Assembly (NCBI GenBank): GCA_000002435.2
Contig: CM018790.1
Length of the DNA stretch: 64,000 nucleotides
Direction: 5' to 3' (one strand)
From: Giardia intestinalis
Lineage: Eukaryota
In this document: one piece after another, positions 46,363 through 54,147 of the stretch
Layout: each line of letters begins with the position of its first letter
How positions within the stretch are numbered: the first letter of the stretch is position 1
Position numbers and translations under genes: made by a program
The notes under the pieces: model-generated
The model's database searches: none
Told to the model about the DNA's origin: nothing
Seen by the model: only the letters and a program-made list of their open reading frames with translations

Positions 46363-47721
46363 ATGGGCACAACAGAGCTGATGATGGCCCTCAAAGCGGA
46401 GGATTTCGACCGCGCCCGCCGTCTTCTAAGCACGGCTATGGGGCAACAAGATGACGAGGGCTTTACGGCGCTTATGTACGCGCTACGCGCCCATGCTCCG
46501 GAGCTAGCCGAACAGCTTGTCGAGGCTGAAAAGGGGAAGATTACGCGACGGGGTATCACAGCATTGATGCTAGCCGCTGAGCATGGCTACAAGGATGTTG
46601 CTGCGCGACTTATCGAAGCTGAGGCAGGCAACATGGACCTGCAAGGCTGGACAGCCCTGATGTACGCATCCAAAAATGGACACAAGGAGGTCGCTTCCAT
46701 GCTGATCGATAAAGAGGCCGGCATGTGCAATATAGATGGCTCTGCAGCCATTCACTGGGCTGCTGAGCAAGGCCACCTCTGTATTGTCGAAGAGCTGGTA
46801 AACGCAGAGGTTAACCTAACCAACAAGGACGGCTGGACAGCGCTAATGAGTGCCGCCCACAATGGGAGCGAAGAAATCGTTAGGTATCTTGTCAAAGCGC
46901 TTGCAGGAAAACAGACGAAAACAGGGTGGACAGCGCTCATGGCTGCTGCTGCACGTGGTCACTATCGCATTGCAGAGATCCTGCTCAGTAAGGAGGCCGG
47001 CAAACGTACCCATGATAGCTGGTCTGCGCTCATGTCGGCCGCGCAAAACGGATTCGTGAACATTGTGAAGCTTCTTTGCCCATTCGAGGAGAAGATTATT
47101 ACAGATAAGGGTGTGACAGCGCTAATGCTTGCAGCCCAAAGAGGTCGCACAGAGGTGGCACCCATTCTCATACCAAAGCAGAGCTGCTTGCAGGATGCTC
47201 AGGGCTTGACTGCGCTGATGTATGCAGCTGACCAAGGCCACTACGAGATAGCAGAACTGCTGGCTAAATATGAATTCGGGATGCGCGATAACGAGGGTCG
47301 TAGTGCATACATATACGCGTCGACTGGCGATCACGTGCGCATCATGGAGCTCCTTCAGGAGGAGGAGATTTACTCTATGCGATCAGCAATAGAGAAGACT
47401 GTCTCCATGCGTTTGCAGCACAACTCCCCAGACAGTCCTGATATGCGCTCGGCCATAAATAGGCTCGAGCTTAAGATAGATTCATTGATGAGGGATAACG
47501 CAGGCATCCGTTCCATGCTTCATACAGGTGGAAGCTCTCCCCAGTCTAAGCTACCTGACCTAGGCAGCGGTGCAAACGAGCTTATCATTGGAAGCGCCCA
47601 ACACGCCTATTTCCTGCTTCCCTGTCGCCATGTAGTATACTCTGATAAGGAGGACTTCACATTTGATGTTTGTACCAGGTGTGGTGGCCTAGTATCTGAA
47701 TTCTATAAGATTGAGCTGTAG
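46363..47721 (+). CDS. ankyrin-repeat protein (Protein 21.1-like), about 452 aa, with a C-terminal Cys-pair motif
   Basis: More than 10 ANK repeats (GFTALMYAL..., GWTALMYASKNGHKEVASMLI, and so on). C-terminal CRHVVYSDKEDFTFDVCTRCGG. Start chosen at MGTTELM for its context aaaaacaaaaaaagacagATG. The ORF-track start at 46303 overlaps the previous gene. Stop TAG is embedded in AGTAAAT at 47720-47726. Confidence 0.8.
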   Translation: MGTTELMMALKAEDFDRARRLLSTAMGQQDDEGFTALMYALRAHAPELAEQLVEAEKGKITRRGITALMLAAEHGYKDVAARLIEAEAGNMDLQGWTALMYASKNGHKEVASMLIDKEAGMCNIDGSAAIHWAAEQGHLCIVEELVNAEVNLTNKDGWTALMSAAHNGSEEIVRYLVKALAGKQTKTGWTALMAAAARGHYRIAEILLSKEAGKRTHDSWSALMSAAQNGFVNIVKLLCPFEEKIITDKGVTALMLAAQRGRTEVAPILIPKQSCLQDAQGLTALMYAADQGHYEIAELLAKYEFGMRDNEGRSAYIYASTGDHVRIMELLQEEEIYSMRSAIEKTVSMRLQHNSPDSPDMRSAINRLELKIDSLMRDNAGIRSMLHTGGSSPQSKLPDLGSGANELIIGSAQHAYFLLPCRHVVYSDKEDFTFDVCTRCGGLVSEFYKIEL

Positions 47722-47825
47722 TAAATGGGAATTTTAGAACAGTGCATTATTCAGCGGAGGCAGTTTCTACTTGCAGGCTGTGATTGTGTGTGATTGTGTC
47801 CTGACGGTTTGAGATTAATTAAGAA

Positions 47826-49439
47826 ATGTTGCCAGAACAGTATAGTAGCAGTGACGCAATCTCTAATGCTATAGACCAACACCTCTCTTCATTCAAGTAT
47901 CTGTCTCTCTATACTCTCAAGGGAACGGACAAGTTCATGGCCGAGGAGATTGATGCCGAGATACAGGGTGAAGGTGAGCGTGCCACGCTGGATATGCTGT
48001 ACGCAGAGTACGCCTCTGCACAGCTTCTGGCACACTCCAACATTATCAGGTATCATGGTCTCTTTGTACACGCATATTACGTCTATAATGTCACTCAGTT
48101 CTGTGCCACCCCGCTGAGTGCCGTGAAATTTTACAATAAAGATTGCGGCTTGTCCGTCAGCGATGTACTTAAGTTCACAGCCCAGACGGCACTTGCCCTA
48201 GCCTACCTCCACAGTCCATATAAGGTCGGTCCGCAACACATAAGCACGTTTTGTCTTCCACGGGTGCATGGATGGATGTCCTTAGACTCCGTAGTTATTG
48301 ACGCCGCCTCCTCCAGATATGTGGTCATGGACCTGGTACCTACTTTGAGGAGACTTCGGGTAAAGTCGAAGAGAACCCCCATGTCGAGACGGTATTTTTC
48401 GCCCGAAAAGCTCTTGCGTGGGGACGACTCTCCTGGATTCCCTCAGGATGATGCCTGGAGTCTTGGCATCATTCTGTATGAGTGTATCACAAATCAGAAA
48501 TTTAACTGCCCCGATAAAGAACACTATGCTACAGAAGAGCAGTGGACTGAATTCATGGGGAAACATATTGACTTAATTCAAGACGTTTGGCTCCGAAATC
48601 TTGTTATGCAGCTTCTTGCCTTCAATCCAGCTGAGCGTTTGACAGTGGAGGAGCTTCTGATGGACCCACGGATTGCTCAGGCAGCAGCAGACAACGAGGC
48701 GAGGCTTGTGTCTCACATGGAGCTTTCTTTCCTAGGAGACAAGAGAATGCAGTGCCTATACCCAGAGATCGTTCAAGCAAACAAGGATCTGCACTCTAAC
48801 CTGGATCAGTTACTCTCGGAAATAAGTGGTGAAGAAAGGAGAAGCTTTGAGTTGAAGGAGCAATGCGAAGATCTAACGACTCAGCAAGAAAGCCTCCTCT
48901 CTGAGATAGCTATGCAACAAGCAGCCGTCAGCTCTATGAAAGATCTTGCAAATGATATCAATCCAAACTATGACCAGCTTAAGGCCGAACTTGAGGAACT
49001 CGCTAGGTATCTAGACATCGATATTAATCAGGAAAACACACTTTCCATGCTAAATGGTGCAGATCAGGCAATCCAAGACATGATGAATGCGATACAACAA
49101 CTACAAGAGCTAGTCTCGATATATAATGACCACAAGGAGCGCATTAGAGATCCAAATCAATTGAATAGAGAAGCTGATGCAATGTTAGTAGATCTAAAGA
49201 GCACTATCTATTCTACTGCGCAGTTCATTGCTCGCTTAAGTAAGGATGCTTGCGTTGATCTTCTGGACAGTGACATTCCCACGTGCTCTGTATGCCTAGG
49301 AAGTTTATCTAATATAGTATTTTATCGGTGCAACCATATTGCGTGCTGTAATGTCTGTTTGGAGCACATATTAAATAGTACGCGCACGTGTCCCATCTGC
49401 AGGACAGAGATAACTCAGTACAAGGAGGTAACTTGGTAA
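47826..49439 (+). CDS. degenerate protein-kinase-like domain (pseudokinase) + coiled coil + C-terminal C3HC4 RING finger, 537 aa; putative E3 ligase
   Basis: Kinase subdomain remnants: HSNIIRYHG, ALALAYLHS, YFSPEKL (the APE region), DAWSLGIILYECIT and NPAERLTVEELLMDP. There is no GxGxxG, VAIK, HRD or DFG. RING: CSVCLGSLSNIVFYRCNHIACCNVCLEHILNSTRTCPICRTEI, with C-x2-C...C-x-H-x2-C-x2-C...C-x2-C spacing. Confidence 0.8.
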   Translation: MLPEQYSSSDAISNAIDQHLSSFKYLSLYTLKGTDKFMAEEIDAEIQGEGERATLDMLYAEYASAQLLAHSNIIRYHGLFVHAYYVYNVTQFCATPLSAVKFYNKDCGLSVSDVLKFTAQTALALAYLHSPYKVGPQHISTFCLPRVHGWMSLDSVVIDAASSRYVVMDLVPTLRRLRVKSKRTPMSRRYFSPEKLLRGDDSPGFPQDDAWSLGIILYECITNQKFNCPDKEHYATEEQWTEFMGKHIDLIQDVWLRNLVMQLLAFNPAERLTVEELLMDPRIAQAAADNEARLVSHMELSFLGDKRMQCLYPEIVQANKDLHSNLDQLLSEISGEERRSFELKEQCEDLTTQQESLLSEIAMQQAAVSSMKDLANDINPNYDQLKAELEELARYLDIDINQENTLSMLNGADQAIQDMMNAIQQLQELVSIYNDHKERIRDPNQLNREADAMLVDLKSTIYSTAQFIARLSKDACVDLLDSDIPTCSVCLGSLSNIVFYRCNHIACCNVCLEHILNSTRTCPICRTEITQYKEVTW

Positions 49440-49524
49440 GTTGCCAGTTGTAAATAATTATATCTTTCACGTGATGGGCAGCGCGCTGATCTAAAGCTTG
49501 ATCTAAAGGGGTCAAAAAATAAAA

Positions 49525-50910
49525 ATGTCTCAGCAGTTCATTCTCGTGGTGGGGGACATCAACATCCCGACAAAAGCCTTCCAAATCCCCATTCAGTTCC
49601 GGGAAATCTTCCACCCCAGGCGCATATCCCATGTGATTCTGACCGGGAACGTTACATCAGCAGGCACTGTCTCGTTTCTCAAGACTATCAAGTCTGATCT
49701 ACACGCAGTTCGAGGACCTTACGATGAGACAAGCTACCCCGACGTGGACACGCGCAACTACTGCGGCTACAACATCTCTGTAATGAATGGAAGCCAATGC
49801 ATGCCGATGGGGGACTCAGCACAGCTTTCTAAGTTTGCAAAGGTATACGACAGCGAGATCATTTGTTCCGGATGTGGCTGGCGCCCGTTCGTTGGAATGG
49901 TTGATAACGTTCTGGTGGTTAAGCCCGGGAGCCTGACTGGCAGTATTAAGGAACATGAGCCCGGTTACGCCGATGACTCATCTTACTGCTTTAGCCAGAG
50001 CTCACAACCAGGAGAGGATGCAAGCTCTCTTACGGACTCTGATGGAATGAAGACATATGTGCCTAACCCATCGAAGGTTTATCCATATGTTCGCTATACC
50101 AGCGAACCGTCGTTTGTCCTACTGGGAGTATCGAAGGGTTCACCACTTGTTAATGTCTTCACATACATCATCCGTGATACCCAGCTGGTTGTCTCATCAT
50201 CGAAGTTTATGGTTCCTAAACTTCATGAACTACCAGAGCCTCAAGTAGAGATGTTTATGCATCACAGATCCTCACAAGAGCAACAGTCACAAGAACCTGT
50301 CGCTTTTGGAGGCCTAGGTAATCCGCCGCAAACAGCACTGCCTCCGTCATCACAGCAGTTTAACCCCTATTCACCTTCTACAATTAATGCACAGATAGGA
50401 GCGCCGTCTCAGGCGTGGCAGGTACCACCGTCCTTCCAAGGTGGAGAGGGTCTGCCGGGCCAGCAGTTTTCTAGTCAGTCATCATGGGCCTCTCAGCAGG
50501 TATCTGCCCCTGCCCCTACCCTAGTGCAGCCTACCCCCATTGCTGCCCCAGTGCAGCCTACCCCCATTGCTGCCCCAGTGCAGCCTACCCCCATTGCTGC
50601 CCCAGTGCAGCCTACCCCCATTGCTGCCCCAGTGCAGCCTGTTGAAGACTCTGCTTCTTCTGTTACTACGTCAGCTGTGTCAGCAGCTCCACCGGCGCCC
50701 ACTAAAGCGAATCCTTATTTGCAAGCTAAGGCGTCTCCTGGCACAAATCCTTACCTTGCTAGCTCTGCTACTAAGCCTGCTAACCCCTATCTTAAGGCAA
50801 CGAATCCTGGCACCTCTCCGACCAGTCCCCCAACAACAAATCCATACCTCAAAATGGCGGGAGGAACGAGTGAAACGTCCCCATATCTTAAGAAGTTTGA
50901 AGATTCTTAG
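49525..50910 (+). CDS. Vps29-like (retromer, calcineurin-like phosphoesterase fold) N-terminal domain with a long Pro/Gln/Ser-rich C-terminal extension containing tandem repeats, 461 aa
   Basis: MSQQFILVVGDINIPTKAFQIPIQFREIFHPRRISHVILTGNV...FLKTIKSDLHAVRGPYDE aligns with human VPS29 [40 protein letters not shown]...YLKTLAGDVHIVRGDFDE. The downstream region NGSQCMPMGD...SEIICSGCG aligns with IHGHQVIPWGD...DILISGHTH but has lost the metal-ligand His residues. The C-terminal half contains (VQPTPIAAP)x4 and NPYL repeats. Confidence 0.65.
   Translation: MSQQFILVVGDINIPTKAFQIPIQFREIFHPRRISHVILTGNVTSAGTVSFLKTIKSDLHAVRGPYDETSYPDVDTRNYCGYNISVMNGSQCMPMGDSAQLSKFAKVYDSEIICSGCGWRPFVGMVDNVLVVKPGSLTGSIKEHEPGYADDSSYCFSQSSQPGEDASSLTDSDGMKTYVPNPSKVYPYVRYTSEPSFVLLGVSKGSPLVNVFTYIIRDTQLVVSSSKFMVPKLHELPEPQVEMFMHHRSSQEQQSQEPVAFGGLGNPPQTALPPSSQQFNPYSPSTINAQIGAPSQAWQVPPSFQGGEGLPGQQFSSQSSWASQQVSAPAPTLVQPTPIAAPVQPTPIAAPVQPTPIAAPVQPTPIAAPVQPVEDSASSVTTSAVSAAPPAPTKANPYLQAKASPGTNPYLASSATKPANPYLKATNPGTSPTSPPTTNPYLKMAGGTSETSPYLKKFEDS
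50524..50640 (+). repeat. perfect 27-bp tandem repeat (gtgcagcctacccccattgctgcccca), 4 copies plus a 9-bp partial, in-frame within the Vps29-like CDS
   Basis: Read directly from the sequence: units at 50524-50550, 50551-50577, 50578-50604 and 50605-50631, with a partial unit at 50632-50640. Encodes VQPTPIAAP x4. Confidence 0.9.
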
Positions 50911-50960
50911 TAATGTTGGCTCATTCAGTGCGACTGTAAATAATGCTGCTTCTAGACTGT

Positions 50961-53148
50961 TTACTGCACACTAGACCTGTCATTTAGGGCTTTCAGCAAC
51001 GGATCTTGCAAAGATGTTGCAGATAGAAGCAGTGTTTCCCGGTCGTGAGAAAGCTTTGTAAGACAGAGGCGCTTTATAAAGCTGTCACAGAAATCGTTTC
51101 CTAGTGCAGAAAATTCAGAAACTAGCTGCTCCACGCTTTCTACCTGGTGAGAGGCTGCGACAGTCCTCAACGTCGCAATTAAAATATCCACACTGTTCTT
51201 TTGGCTTCTGGACAGAGTGGCGCTAATTGTGCTATATGTTTTCGAGGCTTCTAGCTTGCTGCTGGTAATAAAGGAAGGTGGAGGAGGCGTCTTGTAACCT
51301 GGCGGATCGCTTGAGTTGAAGCTCAATTTTCGAAGTTCGCTACGTGAGGAGGGTCCGGGACTGGTTAAGCTGTACTTATCTGTGCGATGCCTGGCAGAGA
51401 GGCTTACACTATCTGAAAAAGCGGGAGCGGGAGGAATGGCGGGGATCTGTGGGACCTGAGGAACCTTAAGTGCATCGGTGATTTGCGCACCAGGTATGTG
51501 AATTTGGGTTTTCTGACTGGGATCCTGTGAGAGGACTGAGTGTAGTTTAACGGCGGTAGTCGGTCTATTAACGGTATCCTTCAATGGGGTAGCATTAGAT
51601 AGATCTTTGTGAACTAGCTCTGACGGATGTATAGTCGGCGATGGCTCATTTGACTCATCAGTAGAAACTCGGGCACATCCACCCCCTTGCAAAGAGTCAG
51701 TGAAGCCATCAGCAACGCTTTGCAGGGGTAGGATAACATCTTGGCCGTTTATATCTTCTCCTGTAGCGCTTAGCTGGCCGACATTCTGCTCTAGGTGAGG
51801 TGGTGGTGGTGATGTTAATTTGGAATGTTGGGGAGAGTTCTCGGATGTGTCACTAGAAAAGCTCCAATCTTCTTGTTTCTTGGTCGGCTGAATCTTCTCG
51901 TGGTCTAATTGATTTAAATAGGGATCTTCTGGAGAGAATGTGACATTTATCTCGGAGCCCGCATTGGCTCTTGCCCGGGAAGCAGCAGCTTGTTTAACTG
52001 GAACAAATTCTTCCTCGGCAGAACCCTGTTCTTCGGGAAGCCAAATATAGCCCAGATCATCTTGTTTTGTTTGTATGGCAAAGGGGTCGTGTAAGCGATC
52101 CTGCTCTCGTCTATTGAAGTCACGAAAGTATTTCTCCATAATGGGGGCTAGAACATCGCGTGCAGAGACCTTCTGGATGGTTTTGAACCACTTGTGGGTC
52201 AAGAGCTTACTTGCAGGCCATCGATTAGTCTTGTCTCTGTCCAAACAGCAGGCAGCAAAGTCTCTGCACGTCTTGGAGATCTCAACCTTGTCATCAAACA
52301 GTGATGTGCTGGACGAATTTCTCGCTATTTCAATCATGGCCTTCGTGGGAGAGAGTTTGTGGTGAGGTGGGTGGCCAAAAATAAGCTCATAGAGGCAGAT
52401 TCCAACTGCCCAGATATCAGAAAAAGAATCGCACTCATTTTTGGTAATAGCCTCTGGGGAAAGCCAATAAGGTGTGCCAACAAACGAGCATCTTTTGGAC
52501 ATGGTCGAAGAAATTGTCGTCGAGACACCAAAATCGCAGAGCTTGATTCCCAATGATAAGGCAGCTGCAGAGTCAGAATTTGGCCGAGGAGAAAAAGAGC
52601 GAGCAATAGTCGAGATGTAACTTCCATGAGAGCTCCTCGGCCTGGAGGTTTCAGAAAAGAGACCTGGAGAAACAGGTTTGCCCAGTATTAAGTCAATTAG
52701 CCGCTTTGCCAAGCCATCAGGCTGCTGTGCCACGGTTGAAGACGTGCTGTCATCGGTCACAAGGATATTGGCACACTTTAAATCTCTGTGTATGACCTTG
52801 GATTCATGAAGATACGCAACCCCCTTAACCAAGTGGTACATAATGAAGCACGCAGTAGCTTCGTTGAGGGGTCCGACTATGCTCAGTATATCTGCCACAG
52901 AGCAGAGGCCAGCCTCCATGGCTATGTTCAAGGTGCTCTCTGTGCACCACGACCTATAGTAACGGATAGTGTAGTTAGACATCAACCTAGTCATGAGGGT
53001 AACCTCTTTCTGGACCACATCCAGCTCTGAAAGTGACTGCTCTAAATCTACTGTCTTGATAGCCACGTAGGTCATTGTCTTTTCATCTAGCGCCAAGTAC
53101 ACTGAACCGAAGCCACCGGAACCCAGTATCTTTAGTAGCTTGTATCCC
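50961..53148 (-). CDS. active Ser/Thr protein kinase (STE20/GCK-like), about 729 aa, with a ~70-aa insertion between the catalytic loop and DFG
   Basis: LGSGGFGSVYLA, YVAIKTV, VIHRDLKCANILV, KLCDFGVS and GTPYWLSPE are all present. Start chosen at MGYKLLKILGSG (ATG 53146-53148, context gcaaaatttgttaacaacccATG). The ORF-track upstream extension to 53384 is hydrophobic and non-kinase, and is probably not translated. Confidence 0.8.
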
Positions 53149-53207
53149 ATCGGGTTGTTAACAAATTTTGCCAGCAGAGTGAAATTGGATAACGAAAAAA
53201 CTCGCAA

Positions 53208-53711
53208 TTGATGACAAGCGAACCTACCCAGGAAGTAACCAAATGTGGTCCAAATGAAAAGGACTACTTCCGCATCAGAGCAAAGGTATACCGTTTTGCA
53301 GATGACGAATGGAAGGAGCGTGGTCAAGGTGAGGTCTTGATCGCGGAGGATCCCAAAGAGAAGAAATACAGGCTTCTTCTCCATCGAGATCAGACCCTAA
53401 AGTGCGCAGTGAACCTCCCCTTGATTGAGGGCGTGGCAGTGAAGCCGCTCGGAAACTCTGACAAAGCTGTTACTGTTGCCGGTCTCGACTTTTCAGACAA
53501 CGAGAAGAAACAAACCGTTTTTGCAGTCAAGTTTACCGAGGCATGGATGTGCAAGAACTTTCAAACTGCTGTAGAGCATGCCCTGGCGGGGAAAGAGTTG
53601 ACCGAGGCCGATCTGATCAAAAAGCCTGACTCCGAAGAACCCAAGAATGATAAACCTGCTGAGGCGAAAGCTTCTGAAAAAGATGTTGAAGAAGTGGGTG
53701 ACAAAAAGTGA
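53208..53711 (+). CDS. RanBP1-like Ran-binding-domain protein, 167 aa
   Basis: RanBD signature: RIRAKVYRFADDEWKERGQGEVLIAEDPKEKKYRLLLHRDQTLKCAVNLPL...LKPLGNSDKAVTVAGLDFSD...TVFAVKFTEAWMCKNF. Compare RanBP1 RAKLFRF...EWKERGTGDVKLLKH...RLLMRRDKTLKICANH...L.PNAGSDRAWVW..DF.DE...E.LAIRF. Stop TGA is embedded in AGTGAAC at 53707-53713. Confidence 0.85.
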   Translation: MMTSEPTQEVTKCGPNEKDYFRIRAKVYRFADDEWKERGQGEVLIAEDPKEKKYRLLLHRDQTLKCAVNLPLIEGVAVKPLGNSDKAVTVAGLDFSDNEKKQTVFAVKFTEAWMCKNFQTAVEHALAGKELTEADLIKKPDSEEPKNDKPAEAKASEKDVEEVGDKK

Positions 53712-53922
53712 ACCTAAAGGCTACTGTTTTGAGGGTTTACCCAGGCACTTATTCGCGTCCAGAGCGCAGAGTAGCTCCAGCCACGTTTCCTGTTCAGGGA
53801 CCCAGAGTTTCTAAAGTCATCAAGGTGCTCGTAGACGTGTTGCTCTGTCAGACGAAGAACGAGGAGTGCTTCCTCATACTGGTGGACCAGCGTATCTGCA
53901 AGTTGACGGTGCCGGGGGTGTA

Positions 53923-54062
53923 CTGCGGCATAGAGCTCTGCGAGGCGGGGCGCCAGGGGGACGCGCGGCCGAGGCATGTATCTCGACAAATTTACTGCCC
54001 GGGCCTACTTGACCTTGGTGTACTCCCCCTTGTAGTAATACTGGCAGATGCACCGGACGGCC
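53923..54062 (-). repeat. Copy B, inverted, of the 139-bp perfect repeat of the E2 3' end and flank
   Basis: Reverse complement of 53923-54062 equals 12736-12874. This also explains the otherwise odd conservation of the antisense ORFs 12439-12921(-) and 53708-54121(+). Confidence 0.85.
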
Positions 54063-54120
54063 AGAAGATTCTGCTGTCTATTAAACGACGCATCGAATTG
54101 CCGGTCAGAGTAGATGTATA
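53923..54120 (-). pseudogene. decayed fragment of an E2 C-terminus (YIYSDRQFDASFNRQQNLL-AVRCICQYYYKGEYTKVK*) lying directly downstream of the 2423-aa gene's stop; its distal 139 bp is identical to the functional E2 3' end
   Basis: On the minus strand, 54120-54063 reads yIYSDRQFDASFNRQQNLL with an in-frame TAA just upstream. Residual similarity to E2 ...CDASNLVKNGDVR continues, followed by the perfect copy of 12736-12874 including stop and AGTAAAT (minus-strand signal at 53990-53996). Confidence 0.6.
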
Positions 54121-54147
54121 GCTTTTAGCTTGCACCCACGCGAGAGC

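Noticed and set aside
47790-47809. Short direct repeats in spacers (gtgattgtgt x2 at about 47790, and gatctaaag x2 at about 49482-49505)
   Set aside because: They are only 9-10 bp and occur twice each. This is too short to distinguish from chance, though they could be promoter-proximal elements.
53149-53384. N-terminal extension of the kinase ORF to 53384 (MEKKPVFLLF...)
   Set aside because: The extension is hydrophobic, shows no kinase homology, and overlaps the RanBP1 start region. The kinase homology begins at an internal Met with a typical A/T-rich start context, so the shorter model is preferred.
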